A stretch of 64,000 bases of DNA from an uncultured delta proteobacterium (GCA_963775425.1 CAVZJB010000011.1:384001-448000), one strand, 5' to 3'. Shown: positions 1 to 11,711, counted from the stretch's first letter. Notes: generated by a model from the letters alone, not told the origin. Program-made: numbers and translations.

Positions 1-1
1 A

Positions 2-1717
2 GCGCCGTCGACGCGGCCCACGTCCCGCGCGCCCGCCGTCGCCCCGCCCGAGACGCACATCTTCGCGAGGCTCGACGAGCCCAAGGCCGCACGCATCCTG
101 TGGACCGCCAGCGTGCAGGGGTACGTCGAGCCCTGCGGCTGCACGGGCGATCCCCTCGGCGGCGTCGCCCGCCTCGCCGCCGCCGTGAAGGACGCCAAGC
201 GCGCGACGGATGGTCGCGTGCTCCTCCTCGACGCCGGCGACCTCCTCTTCGAGCACGAGAGCGACAACGCGCCGCTCGACGCATGCCAGGCCGGCGCCCG
301 CGACGACCTCCTCGTCGACACCTACGGCAAGCTCGGCCTCGCGGCCACGGTGCTCGGCCCCCTCGACGACGTGCGCGGCGCCGAATTCCGCGACGCGCGG
401 CTCCACAAGGCCGGCATCGTCACCGTCGGCGTCGACACGCCGCGCGCGCTCGTCGCCGGCGCCGCGCGCGCCGTGAGCGTCGTGCGCGTGCTCGGCGACG
501 TCGGCGTCGGCGTCACCGCGTTTCGCGTCGACGCGCCCGGGGGCGCCTCCGACGGGACGACCGCCGTCGTGCAGCGCGCGCACGACGCGCTCGCCGCCGA
601 GGTGCGACGCCTCGCGACGCAAGCGGGCACCAGCGCCGCGCGACACCTCGACGTCATCGTGGTGCTCGCGCAGGCGCCGCGCGCGATCACCAAGCGCGTG
701 GTCGCGGGCATCCCGGGCATCGACATCGTCATCCAGGGCAGGGCCCCCGGCGAGGTGCCGCTGCCACCGGAGGCGCTGGGAGGCGGCGCCGTGCTCGTCG
801 CGGCGGGGATGCAGGCGCAATACGTCGGCGTCCTCGAGCTCCACCTCGCGGGGCGCACGGCGGGCGCGCCGCTCGCCCTCGACGACGCCGAGGCCAAGGC
901 CGACGCCGACAAGAAGGTGCTCCGCGTGCGCATCAAGGAGCTGAAGAGGCAGGTCGACGACGCCGACGGCGCGCGCAAGGAGTTCCTCGCCGGGCGCCTC
1001 GCGACGGCCGAGGAGCAGATGAAGGCGCTCGACGCAAACGGGCCGTCGACAACGGGGCCACGGGTGAAGGTGCGGGCGCTGCCCCTGGCGCGCGGCTTCC
1101 CCGAAGATCCCGGCGTGAAGGCCGCCCTCGACGCCTACACCGCGCGCATCCCGTCGCTGGTGACGTCGTGCGAAGCCGGGGCCACGTGCGTGCCCGCGCC
1201 GAAGGACGCGGCGACGTGGGTGGGGGCCAAGGCGTGCAAGGGCTGCCACGAAGAGCAGTACGCGTTCTGGAAGAAGCAGCTCGTGAAGCTGCCGGGGAAG
1301 GACGACAACGGCCGCCCCATCACGCGCACCGAGGGCCACGTCCACGCGTGGGACACGCTCGTCGCCGACGGCAAGCAGAAGGACCGCAGTTGCGTCGGCT
1401 GTCACAGCGTCGGCTTCGACGCGCCGGGCGGCCCCTGTAAGACCGGCGACGTCGTCGCCCGCGGCCTCGCCGCCGTACAATGCGAGAGCTGCCACGGCCC
1501 CGGCAGCTTTCACGTGGAGAGCAGCGCGCCCGAGGACATCGTCGGCAAGCCCGACGAAGCCCGCTGCCGCACCTGCCACCGCGTCCCGCACATCCCCACC
1601 ACGGAGAGCTTCGTGATGACAGACCGCTTGAAGCTCATCCTCGGCCCGGGGCACGGCGAGAAGCGCTTCCGTGCGCTCGAGGCGGCCACCGCCGGCGGCG
1701 CGGAGGGCACGCGATGA
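2..1717 (+). CDS. UshA/5'-nucleotidase-like N-terminal domain fused to a tetraheme cytochrome c (c554-like); 5'-truncated by the window edge
   Basis: Frame is open from position 2. GYVEPCGC...GGVARLA and LLLDAGDLLF are metallophosphoesterase-like. Four CxxCH motifs: CKGCH, CVGCH, CESCH, CRTCH. Confidence 0.8.
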   Translation, partial: APSTRPTSRAPAVAPPETHIFARLDEPKAARILWTASVQGYVEPCGCTGDPLGGVARLAAAVKDAKRATDGRVLLLDAGDLLFEHESDNAPLDACQAGARDDLLVDTYGKLGLAATVLGPLDDVRGAEFRDARLHKAGIVTVGVDTPRALVAGAARAVSVVRVLGDVGVGVTAFRVDAPGGASDGTTAVVQRAHDALAAEVRRLATQAGTSAARHLDVIVVLAQAPRAITKRVVAGIPGIDIVIQGRAPGEVPLPPEALGGGAVLVAAGMQAQYVGVLELHLAGRTAGAPLALDDAEAKADADKKVLRVRIKELKRQVDDADGARKEFLAGRLATAEEQMKALDANGPSTTGPRVKVRALPLARGFPEDPGVKAALDAYTARIPSLVTSCEAGATCVPAPKDAATWVGAKACKGCHEEQYAFWKKQLVKLPGKDDNGRPITRTEGHVHAWDTLVADGKQKDRSCVGCHSVGFDAPGGPCKTGDVVARGLAAVQCESCHGPGSFHVESSAPEDIVGKPDEARCRTCHRVPHIPTTESFVMTDRLKLILGPGHGEKRFRALEAATAGGAEGTR

Positions 1718-2985
1718 CCGAGACCCTGCTGTCCGTCGACGAGGCGCGCGCGCGCATCCTCGCCGCGCTGTCCCCGCTGTCGCAGGAGACCGTGCCCGTC
1801 GCCGACGCCGGCGGCCGCGTGCTCGCGGAGGCGTTGCACAGCCGGCGCGACCTGCCCGCGTTCGACAACTCCGCCATGGACGGCGTCGGCGTTCGCGTCG
1901 CCGACGTCGCGAGCGCGTCGCCGTCGTCGCCGGTGCGCCTCGCGCTGTCCGGGTCGTCGCTGGCGGGCGCGGCGCCGCCCGGGGAAGGAGCGGGCGGGCT
2001 CGCGGCGGGGAGCGCCGCGCGCATCATGACGGGCGCCCCGGTCCCCGCCGGCGTCGAGGCGGTGGTGATGCGCGAGCAGACCTCGGAGGCGGAGGTCGCC
2101 GCCGGGTTCGTCTCGGTGCTCGCGCCGGCGGCGCCGGGCCAGAACGTGCGGCGCCGCGGCGAGGACGTGAGGGCCGGCGACGTCGTCGGCCGCCCCGGCG
2201 ACGTCGTCACGCCGGCGCGGCTGAACCTGCTCCTCGCGGCGGGCCTCACGAGCGCGCGCGCGGTGCGCCGCCCGTCCGTCGCGGTGCTCGCGTCCGGTGA
2301 CGAGCTCGTCGAGGTCGGTGAGCCCCTCGGCCCCGGCGACGTCGTCAACAGCAACGCGCACGCCGTCGCCGCCGCCGCGCGCACGGCGGGCTGCGACGCG
2401 CACCTGCTCGGGATCGCGCGCGACACGCTCGAAGACCACGTGCGCATGCTCGAGGGCGCGTCGCGCTTCGACGTCGTGTTGACCATCGGCGGCGTCTCCA
2501 TGGGCACGCACGACTTCGTGCGCCCCGCGCTCGAGAGGCTCGGCGTCACGCTCGACCTGTGGCGCGTGGCGATGAAGCCGGGCAAGCCCGTGGCGTTCGG
2601 CGCGTTCCCCGACGGCCGCGTGGTCTTCGGGCTGCCGGGCAACCCGGTGAGCGCCATGGTGAGCTTCGAGCTCTTCGTGCGTCCTGCGCTCGCGCGCCTG
2701 CAGGGGAGGGCCGCCACGGTGCGGCCGTTGTGGCCCGCGATCCTCGTCGACAGCGACGTGAAGAAGAGGCCCGGCCTCGAGCATTGGGCCCGCGGCAGCG
2801 CCCGTCTCGTCGACGGCAAGCTCCACGTGCGCGTCCTCGAGGGGCAGGGCTCGCATCGAATCTCGGTGCTCGCCCGCGCCAACGCCCTGGTGCGTTTCCC
2901 CAGGGACGGCGCCGGCGGTGTCGCCGGCGACGCCGTCGACGTGCTCCTCCTCGACGACCCGCTCACCGCTGCGGACCTGACGTAG
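1714..2985 (+). CDS. moeA: Molybdopterin molybdotransferase
   Basis: PAFDNSAMDG, RIMTGAPVP, SGDEL, GGVSMG, MKPGKP and GLPGNPVSA motifs; ATGA overlap with the upstream gene. Confidence 0.95.
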   Translation: MTETLLSVDEARARILAALSPLSQETVPVADAGGRVLAEALHSRRDLPAFDNSAMDGVGVRVADVASASPSSPVRLALSGSSLAGAAPPGEGAGGLAAGSAARIMTGAPVPAGVEAVVMREQTSEAEVAAGFVSVLAPAAPGQNVRRRGEDVRAGDVVGRPGDVVTPARLNLLLAAGLTSARAVRRPSVAVLASGDELVEVGEPLGPGDVVNSNAHAVAAAARTAGCDAHLLGIARDTLEDHVRMLEGASRFDVVLTIGGVSMGTHDFVRPALERLGVTLDLWRVAMKPGKPVAFGAFPDGRVVFGLPGNPVSAMVSFELFVRPALARLQGRAATVRPLWPAILVDSDVKKRPGLEHWARGSARLVDGKLHVRVLEGQGSHRISVLARANALVRFPRDGAGGVAGDAVDVLLLDDPLTAADLT

Positions 2986-3029
2986 GGCGGCGGCTTGTCC
3001 GCCGCGTCGCCGGGAGCCGGGCGCCCCCG

Positions 3030-3566
3030 TCACCCGAGGGCGCGGCGGTAGCGGAGCTCCACGAGGCCGGCGGCGGCGCTGTCGGCGGACACCACGCGCG
3101 ACGCGCCGTCCACGCTCCAGCCGTGGGACTCGTAGAACCGCCGCGCGCGCGGGTTTTCGTCGAGGACCCACAGCGCCGCCTCGGAGAAGCCGAGCGCCGC
3201 GAGGGCGCGCTCGGCCTCGACGAGGAGCGCGTGGCCGGCGCCCGCGCCCCACTGCGACGCGGCGACGTAGATGGCGTAGAGCTCGCCGGCGCCGGCCATG
3301 TCGCCGTCGCGGCTGTTGCCCACCGAGGCGAACCCCATGATGGCGCTCTCGGCGCTCTCGGCGCTCTCGGCGACGAGGACGCGGCCGTCGCTCCGGGCGA
3401 GCGCGCGCTCCCACATCGCGCGGCGCTGCGCTACGTCGAGCGCGGCGAGCGCCTCGTCGGCGACCACGCCCCGGTACGCGTCGCGCCACGCCTGCACGTG
3501 GACCGCCGCGAGCGCGGCGGCGTCGTCGACGCGCGCCGGTCGGATGTGAAAGGGCCTCTCGCTCAC
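3030..3566 (-). CDS. GNAT family N-acetyltransferase
   Basis: IRPARVDDA start, ELYAIYV...WGAGAGHALL, LWVLDENPRARRFYESHGW; GTG start at 3566. Confidence 0.9.
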   Translation of the reverse strand: MSERPFHIRPARVDDAAALAAVHVQAWRDAYRGVVADEALAALDVAQRRAMWERALARSDGRVLVAESAESAESAIMGFASVGNSRDGDMAGAGELYAIYVAASQWGAGAGHALLVEAERALAALGFSEAALWVLDENPRARRFYESHGWSVDGASRVVSADSAAAGLVELRYRRALG

Positions 3567-3613
3567 GCGCCCATCCTCCCTCGGGCGCTCCGGCCGGCAA
3601 CCGGGCTCGGGCC

Positions 3614-6133
3614 TTACGCGACGCGCGGCGCGGCCCGGCGCGCGACGGCGCGGGCCAGGGCGCGCGTGACCAGGGCGAGGCCGAGGAGCGCCGCGGTGTC
3701 GACGACGGCGTCGCTGCCGCGGGGCCAACGCGTGTGCGCGCGTTCGAGCCAGGCGCGCGCGCGCTCGGGCAACACGTGCGCCGCGATGGAGCGCGGGGGC
3801 GCGCCGCGCGCGGCGGCGGCGAAGTCGGGGGCGGGGCAGTCGCGGCCAAAGTCGCCGGCGAACGGGACCCACGCGCCCTCGCGGACGTAGCGGTCGTAGT
3901 AGACGTCGGCGCGCTCCGGCTCGCGATCGATCAGGTACGACGTCGCCGCGCACAACGTCGCGGCGAACGCCTGCGATCGCGGCGGCAGCTCGTCGGCGGC
4001 CGCGCCCGCGAGCGCGGCGGCCACCGCCCGGTAGTGAAAGCGGACGAGCGGGTGCACCGCCGTCGCCGCCACGCGGAGCTCCTCGTCGTAGCTCGCGAAC
4101 GGCGGCCGCGGCGCCATCACGTCGAGGCGCTCCGGCAACGCCCGCGCCGTCGCGCCCCTTGCCGTCGTGGCCGCGCCGCCGCTCGCGTCGTCGTCGTCGC
4201 TGCGGCGCCACGGTTGGACGTCGCCGCTGAGCGTGGAGGCGCCGAGGTCGAAGGTGCCGCCGTACACGGCCCAGTCGGGGTCGAGCTCGGTCCCGCTGAT
4301 CTCCATGCCGCGCTTGCGCAGGAGCGTCGCCGCCTCGAAGCGCGCCTGCGCCTCGCCGATCCGCGGCGCGCCTGCGGACGCGTCGTCGGCGGGCGCGCCC
4401 ACGATGGTCGCGCGCACGATCGCGCCCGCATCGCCGCGGGCGAGCGCGCGGCCGTAGCGGGCGGCGTCGGCGCGCAGCGCGTGGTCGTCGAAGTACGCGA
4501 GCGCGTCGTCGACGCGGCCCTCCCGCACCAGGCGCCGCGCCAACAGCGCGCGCAGCCGCTCGAACGGCTTGGGCGCGTCGTCGCCCCAGGGGTTGTGCAG
4601 GGGCTCGAGCGCGCGAGGGGCGTGGACGTGGACGAAGCGCACGAGCTCGTCCGTGGTCATCACGCGCTCGGCGACGTACGCCGCGTCGAGCCAGTAGTCC
4701 TCGCCGCCGGAGAGCAAGAGCGAGAGCGCCTCCGCGTACTCGCGGCGATCGAGGGCGAGCACCGCGCGCTCGCTGTCGACGCGCGCGCGGGGCGCCAGCT
4801 CCTCGTAGCCCCAGTCGTCGGCGTGCCAGACCTCGCCCCAGCGCCGGGCCTCGGGGAACGCCGCCGCCGCCGCCGCGAGCAGCCGCCGCGCCGCTTCGTC
4901 GTCGCCGTCGCGGAGCGCGAGCTTGGCCTCGATCCACCTCGCCAGCGCGCTGCGGGGGCCGGCCAGGCGGGCGAAGCCCTTGGCGTACTCGTACTCGCCG
5001 GCGCCGTACGCGACCGCCGCGAGCCGGTCCGCCGCCTCCATGCGCACGAGGCCGCGCTTGTCGACGAGGCGGATGAGCCGTCCGAGCCGCGCCGGCTCCA
5101 CCGCGGTGTGGGCCGTGAAGAGGGCGGCGGCGACGAGCCGCTGCACCACCGGGTCCCCGATGTTCCTCTCGAGCGCCGCGTCGTCGCGCAGCAACCGCCG
5201 CGCGAGGAACGAGAGCGACGCGCGCCCGCTCACCGAGCCGAGCGCGGCTTGCTCCGCATACAGGTGCACCGCGCGGGCGATCGCGCTGTCTCCGCCCGCC
5301 GTCCCCGCGGCCGCCCGGGCCCGTCGCGCGGCGCCGACGCCCGCGGCACTGTCGCTGCGCTCGCGCGCGCTCCCGTCGTCGACGCGCTCGTCGTCGGCGC
5401 GCTCGTCGTCGGCGCGCGCGGGCGCGGAGGGCGCGAGGTCCTCGAGGCCCCAACGCCACGCCGCGGAGGGGAGCACGTCGCGGGCCTCCTCGCCGAGGCT
5501 GAACGCGGCGAGGCCGAGGGTGTCGGCGAAGCCCGCGCGGGCGAGCGCGCGGGTGCGGCGGAGCCAGGTGACGTCGCCGGTGGCTTGTCCGATCATGAAC
5601 GCAGCCCACGTCGAGCGCGCCTGTCGCTCCTGCGCCGGGAGCGCGAGCAACGCGCGCCACGACTTCACCGCGGCGCCGGTGTCGCCCTGGTGAAACGCGC
5701 GCGCGCCCGCGTCGTACAGCGCGCGCTCGCGCTCGCCGCCGCCGTCGCGCGCGTGCGGCGGCTCGGCGCCCTCGACGACGACGTACGGGAACGACGGCGT
5801 CACGAGGTGCGCCGCCTCCCACGCGAAGTTGCCCTCGACGAGCTCGCTCATCGTCGTCTTGCAATCGAGCAGCAAGCGGTGCGGGAACTCCGGCCCGCAC
5901 GCGCGCGCCCGCCCGCTCGCGAGCGCACCGACGACGACGACGACGACGACGACGACGATCCCGGCGCCCGCCCCGCGCACGCGGCGCGGGCCCCGCGCCG
6001 GCAGTCCTTGCGGCGGCTCGCGCCCGCGGGGCAAGCCCGCGCCCGACGGCGCGCGCGCCTGCGTCGTGAAGCGCGCCGGCTCGGTCATGGGGTGGGCCGC
6101 TGTGGCGCGCGTGTCGCTCGCGTCATCGCGCAT
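3614..6133 (-). CDS. Large exported alpha-helical/TPR-like hypothetical protein, partner of the DUF3142 gene
   Basis: AGGAGG RBS before ATG 6133, overlapping the upstream stop. Hydrophobic leader then ACGPEFP, YWLDAAYVAERV, RFHYR, and a C-terminal TM segment. Confidence 0.7.
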   Translation of the reverse strand: MRDDASDTRATAAHPMTEPARFTTQARAPSGAGLPRGREPPQGLPARGPRRVRGAGAGIVVVVVVVVVGALASGRARACGPEFPHRLLLDCKTTMSELVEGNFAWEAAHLVTPSFPYVVVEGAEPPHARDGGGERERALYDAGARAFHQGDTGAAVKSWRALLALPAQERQARSTWAAFMIGQATGDVTWLRRTRALARAGFADTLGLAAFSLGEEARDVLPSAAWRWGLEDLAPSAPARADDERADDERVDDGSARERSDSAAGVGAARRARAAAGTAGGDSAIARAVHLYAEQAALGSVSGRASLSFLARRLLRDDAALERNIGDPVVQRLVAAALFTAHTAVEPARLGRLIRLVDKRGLVRMEAADRLAAVAYGAGEYEYAKGFARLAGPRSALARWIEAKLALRDGDDEAARRLLAAAAAAFPEARRWGEVWHADDWGYEELAPRARVDSERAVLALDRREYAEALSLLLSGGEDYWLDAAYVAERVMTTDELVRFVHVHAPRALEPLHNPWGDDAPKPFERLRALLARRLVREGRVDDALAYFDDHALRADAARYGRALARGDAGAIVRATIVGAPADDASAGAPRIGEAQARFEAATLLRKRGMEISGTELDPDWAVYGGTFDLGASTLSGDVQPWRRSDDDDASGGAATTARGATARALPERLDVMAPRPPFASYDEELRVAATAVHPLVRFHYRAVAAALAGAAADELPPRSQAFAATLCAATSYLIDREPERADVYYDRYVREGAWVPFAGDFGRDCPAPDFAAAARGAPPRSIAAHVLPERARAWLERAHTRWPRGSDAVVDTAALLGLALVTRALARAVARRAAPRVA

Positions 6134-7457
6134 CTGTCCCTCCTGTGGTGGCGACGGCGTCGCGCGCCGGCGCACTCGATGTCATCGGGCGCACCCAGCC
6201 GACGGCCCTCCTTTCGCCGACGCGCAGCCGCGGCGGCGACGGCGAGACGAACGCCGCACCGCCGGCGGACGGCTCGAACGCGTAGCCGGAGACGCCGTCG
6301 CCGACGAGCGCGCCGTCCCCCGTCGCGCCGCCCCCCGTCGCGCCGTCGCCCGTCGCGCCGTCCCCCGTCGCGCCGAGCTCCACGCGCGGCGGCGCGGTGA
6401 CGTCGACGTTGCCCGTGTTCCTCACGAAGACGTCGACGCCGTCGCGCTCGACGGCCACCGCGGGGTGCACCTCGCCGGCGCGGACGGCTTGAAGCGTCTG
6501 GAAGCTCCACGCGCGCACGTCGCCGCCGACGGGCAAGCGGAACCACACCACGCCAGCCAGCGGCGCCGGCGGGTCCTCCTTGAGCGAGGACAGGAGCGCC
6601 GCGACGTCGGCGGGTTCCGCCCACGCCGCGCGCACCCGCGCCGGCAGCGTCCGCGGCGCTTCGCTCTCCACCGCGACGACGCGGCCGGCGTCGTCGAGGC
6701 CGAGCGCGGAGCCGTACGCGGGCAGCGCCACGAAGAGCCGGCGCTTCCCCGAGGCGAGCGCGCTGTGCCTGGCGAAGGCGTCGATGGCCGCGCGCGCCCG
6801 CCGCGCGGAGAAGAGCCCGTCGGTGGGCGCGTCGACGGAGTGGACCTGGAGCACGACGGCGTCGGCGGCGCCGATCAAGCGGTCGAGCGCGGGCGACGGC
6901 GCCCACGAGGGCAGCGCCGTGATCGACACCGGCAGCGGCGCCACCGCCGCCTTCACCGCGGCGACGACGCCGGCGTAGGCGCGCAGCCGCGCGGCGGCGC
7001 AGTCATGGTCGAGCTCGACGCCGCGCACGTCCGCCCCGGCGCGGCGAAAGCGCGCCACCGCGTCCTTTGCCTCGGCCACGACGACGCGGGCGTCGGCGAC
7101 GCGCGACCCGTCGACCCGCACCACGGGGATCACCGGCTTGCCCTTCAGCACCGAGAGCGCCGCCGCCGGCGACGGCAGCCGCACCGCCGCCTGCGGGACG
7201 GCGGCGTCGGGCGGGATCTCCGACGCGAGCACCCGCAGGCCGTCGAACGCGCGCCCGCGCTCGCGCACGGCCGCGACGACGCGCGGGGTCCAGGCCCGCT
7301 GCCACACGTAGGCGTCCTCGCTCAGCCGCGCCGGGGCCTCCTCGCTGCTGCAGGCCGCGACGACGACGACGGCGATGACGACGGCGGCGAAGGCGACGCC
7401 GGCGCGGACGCGCGTGGGCGGGGAAGAGCAAGACGCACAGGAGCGAAAGCGCACCAA
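6123..7457 (-). CDS. DUF3142 family lipoprotein (GH18-like barrel); start uncertain
   Basis: AYVWQRAW, GVELDHDC, SITALPSW, VLQVHSV, VALPAYG and WFRLP motifs; lipobox-like VVAAC. Confidence 0.75.
   Translation of the reverse strand: MVRFRSCASCSSPPTRVRAGVAFAAVVIAVVVVAACSSEEAPARLSEDAYVWQRAWTPRVVAAVRERGRAFDGLRVLASEIPPDAAVPQAAVRLPSPAAALSVLKGKPVIPVVRVDGSRVADARVVVAEAKDAVARFRRAGADVRGVELDHDCAAARLRAYAGVVAAVKAAVAPLPVSITALPSWAPSPALDRLIGAADAVVLQVHSVDAPTDGLFSARRARAAIDAFARHSALASGKRRLFVALPAYGSALGLDDAGRVVAVESEAPRTLPARVRAAWAEPADVAALLSSLKEDPPAPLAGVVWFRLPVGGDVRAWSFQTLQAVRAGEVHPAVAVERDGVDVFVRNTGNVDVTAPPRVELGATGDGATGDGATGGGATGDGALVGDGVSGYAFEPSAGGAAFVSPSPPRLRVGERRAVGWVRPMTSSAPARDAVATTGGTDAR
6309..6375. repeat. 15-bp in-frame tandem repeat (~4 copies) encoding GATGD/GATGG
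   Basis: gtcccccgtcgcgcc units are directly visible. Confidence 0.8.
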
Positions 7458-7586
7458 AGCGGAAGGAGGGCTCGACGCCCGATATTCCGGATCGCCCCCG
7501 CTTTCCTCGCTTCCATCGCGGGCCGCCGTTGTCGTCGACGTTGGCTCGGCGAGGCCCGAGGGCGCGCCGGCGTGTTAGCTTCGCGC

Positions 7587-8212
7587 ATGGCCCTGCCGGT
7601 TCTCGTGCTCGCGCTGCAGGCGCTCGTCGGCGCCGGACCCGCCACCGTGGACGAGCGCATCGATCGCGCCCAGGCTGCCCTCGCGGCCCTCGAATACAAC
7701 GAGGCGGCGGACGACCTCCTCCTCGTGCTCGCGGATCCCGCGGCCACCGACGCACAGAAGCTCCGCGCGAACATGATCGCGGGCATCGCCAACCGCGTCA
7801 TCGGCCGTGACGTCGATGCCCGCATCAACTTCCGCTCCGTGCTGGAGCACGACCGCGACGCCAGGCTGCCCGACGGCACCGCGCCCAAGGTGGCCGCGTT
7901 CTTCGAGATGGTGCGCCAGGAGCTCGAGGCCGACCGCGCAGCCGTACCGGCCGCACCCCCGACGCCGTCGGCGCCGCCGGCGGCCGACAAAGCCGCGGCG
8001 ATCCCGTTCGCGGGGCTGACCGCCGGCGCGGGCGTCGTCGCCGTCGCCGCCGGCGTGTCGGGGGTCGTCGCGGCGGAGCTCACCGCCGCCGACCCCACGG
8101 CGCTCGGCGCCGATCGCGAGGCCGCCATCGAGGGCGGCCGGGTCTTCGTCGCCCTCACCGCCGTCGGCGTCGCTGCCGCCGCGGTGGGCGGTGTGTGGTG
8201 GGCGCTGTCCCC

Positions 8213-8216
<4 letters not shown>
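7587..8216 (+). CDS. Exported TPR-like protein with a C-terminal hydrophobic hairpin
   Basis: Signal peptide MALPVLVLALQAL; helical ALEYNEAA...APKVAAFFEMVR; two C-terminal hydrophobic segments; ATGA overlap with the next gene. Confidence 0.7.
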
Positions 8217-9718
<1,502 letters not shown>

Positions 9719-9725
9719 GCCTCGA

Positions 9726-10832
9726 TCAGCGGGGGAGGCGAAGCATCAAGCGGGCGGTGCCGAGCTGAAGCACGGCGTGACCCTGGGGGACGAGGCGCTC
9801 CCCGAGCTCCACGATCTGCACCGGCTCCTTCGCCACATGGAACGAGAGCGTGGTCTTGCTCCCGCTCGCGTCGCCGCCGACCTGGTAGGGCATCGGGCGA
9901 TCGCTCTCGATCACGACGTCCTTCACCAGGAAGTCGTGCAGATGCGGGTGCCGGAAGGAGCCCTTCCACACGCGCGGCCAGAGGTTCGCGAGGATCACGG
10001 GGATCGGGATGGAGCCGACCCGGAGCTGGACATAGCCGGGCTTGCGGTCCGCGAAGGGGAACATCGTGAAGCCGTAGCCGAAGTAGGGGATGGCGCCGAC
10101 GGAGGCGATGGGCGCCTGGCCTTCGAACAGCACCTCGCCGGCGGGGATGACCTGCTCGACGTCACCCTCGGGCGTCGACACCATCTTCACCGCGGGGCTC
10201 TTCGACGTCACGCGGATGCGCGGGAGGTCCGCCTTGAGCTCGTTCGGCACCGTCTTGAAGAGCATGGCGCCGAGGTAGCCCCACACGCTCTCGACCAGCC
10301 GCCGGCCGAGCGGCGACCTGGCGAGCCGCTTCTTGAGCCACATGTAGTCGTTGAGCACGGCGCCGTCGTACCCCATGCCCGCGAACGGGGTGAGCACGCC
10401 GTCCTCGGTCTCGAGGAGCTGCACCGCCCTGTCGGCCATGGGGCCCTTGTTGACGATGTGGTTGGCGTCGATCACCGCGCCCTGGGCGCCGACGCAGCGG
10501 GCCATGGCGTTGCCGGTGCCGAGCTTGAGCACGCCCACCGCCGGCATCTCCAGCGACTCCTTCGAGCACACCGCGCGCAGCATCTCGAGCGAGGTCACGA
10601 GCGTGCCGTCGCCGCCGCCGAGGAAGACGCGGCCGTAGCCGCGGCGCGCGATGGTGCGCGTGAAGACCTCGGCGTCTTCGAGAGTGCGGGAGAGGAAGAG
10701 GTCGCCCGCGGGGACGATCTCGGCGAGCGCCTCGATGAGCCTGTCGTTCACCGCGCGCGCATTGGCGTTCAAGAGAAACGCCGAGCGGCGGGCGAAGGGG
10801 CGGTCCAGGGCGGCGGAGACGGGGAAACCCAT
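9726..10832 (-). CDS. Diacylglycerol kinase family lipid kinase
   Basis: LLNANAR, GGGDGT, LKLGTGNA and FAGMGYDG motifs. Confidence 0.85.
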   Translation of the reverse strand: MGFPVSAALDRPFARRSAFLLNANARAVNDRLIEALAEIVPAGDLFLSRTLEDAEVFTRTIARRGYGRVFLGGGDGTLVTSLEMLRAVCSKESLEMPAVGVLKLGTGNAMARCVGAQGAVIDANHIVNKGPMADRAVQLLETEDGVLTPFAGMGYDGAVLNDYMWLKKRLARSPLGRRLVESVWGYLGAMLFKTVPNELKADLPRIRVTSKSPAVKMVSTPEGDVEQVIPAGEVLFEGQAPIASVGAIPYFGYGFTMFPFADRKPGYVQLRVGSIPIPVILANLWPRVWKGSFRHPHLHDFLVKDVVIESDRPMPYQVGGDASGSKTTLSFHVAKEPVQIVELGERLVPQGHAVLQLGTARLMLRLPR

Positions 10833-10898
10833 ATGGCCGGAAGTACAGCAAGATGGGGGCCCACGCGCTTGCCTGGCCCCCGGTTTCCCCTGAAACAC

Positions 10899-10917
10899 CT
10901 TTTATATCAGGATGTTA
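10899..10917 (+). promoter_or_regulatory. Putative IHF binding site
   Basis: TATCAGGATGTTA (10905-10917) fits WATCAR-N4-TTR, preceded by a T-tract; a rare AT-rich patch in a divergent intergenic region. Confidence 0.5.
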
Positions 10918-11100
10918 TCTGGTGCGACCTCACCCGACACGAGCGGGCGGCGGAGGGCTCCGGTTGGCACCCGCGGGTACCAACCATGCGCACGCCGTTA
11001 CGCAGTGCGTCCTCGCGCCCCCGCGGCGGGCGCTCCTCGGTTGACACATCGCGCATGGCGAGGTCCGGTGGCGTTCCGTTTTTCGAAGGATCCGAAGGAC

Positions 11101-11352
11101 ATGGTCACCATCCGCCTCGCCCGCGCCGGCGCCAAGAAGAAGCCGTTTTACAAGGTCGTCGTCGCCGATCAGCGCTTCCCCCGGGACGGCCGCTTCATCG
11201 AGCAGGTCGGCACCTATGATCCCCGCGAGAGCGAGCACGGCGTGAAGCTGCAGCTCGACCGCATCGAGCACTGGGTCGGCAAGGGCGCGCGCCCGTCGGA
11301 CACGGTGCGCGACATCGTCGCCGTCGCCAAGTCCGCGCTGCCGAAGGCCTGA
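11101..11352 (+). CDS. rpsP: 30S ribosomal protein S16
   Basis: [41 protein letters not shown]. Confidence 0.98.
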   Translation: MVTIRLARAGAKKKPFYKVVVADQRFPRDGRFIEQVGTYDPRESEHGVKLQLDRIEHWVGKGARPSDTVRDIVAVAKSALPKA

Positions 11353-11705
11353 TGAAGGGCCTCGTCGAGGTTCTGGCCAAGGCGCTGGTGGACAACCCCG
11401 CGCCCGTGGAGGTCTTCGAGGCGGGCACGCCCGAGGACGCCGTCTATCGTTTGAAGGTCGCCCGCGATGACCTCGGCAAGGTGATCGGCAAGAAGGGCCG
11501 CACCGCCAAGGCGTTCCGCACGCTGCTCGCCGCGGCGGGCGCCAAGCAGAACGTCCGCGTCACGCTCGAGATCCTCGAGCCGGAGGGCGCGCAGCCGCTC
11601 GCCGCGACGGCGGCGCCCGGCGAAGCCAACCCCGACGCGCCCGCCGAGGACCCCGGCGGCGACGACGGTGGTGAGCCCGGCGGCGCCCGGCGCGACGACG
11701 AGTAG
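11352..11705 (+). CDS. khpA: KH domain RNA-binding protein
   Basis: LVDNP...DDLGKVIGKKGRTAKAFRTLL; located between rpsP and rimM. Confidence 0.92.
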   Translation: MKGLVEVLAKALVDNPAPVEVFEAGTPEDAVYRLKVARDDLGKVIGKKGRTAKAFRTLLAAAGAKQNVRVTLEILEPEGAQPLAATAAPGEANPDAPAEDPGGDDGGEPGGARRDDE

Positions 11706-11711
11706 AGATCC

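Noticed and set aside
128-145. Selenocysteine in the UshA-like CxC motif
   Set aside because: Both codons are TGC; there is no in-frame TGA.
3343-3371. 9-bp repeat x3 (ESA) in the GNAT gene, and a short duplication near 22727-22770
   Set aside because: In-frame slippage in loops or tails; no evidence of function.
10965-10980. Sigma-54 promoter (TGGCAC) near the IHF-like site
   Set aside because: Lacks the -12 TTGC at the required spacing.
11041-11046. TTGACA -35 box upstream of rpsP
   Set aside because: No convincing -10 at 16-18 bp spacing, so a promoter cannot be supported.
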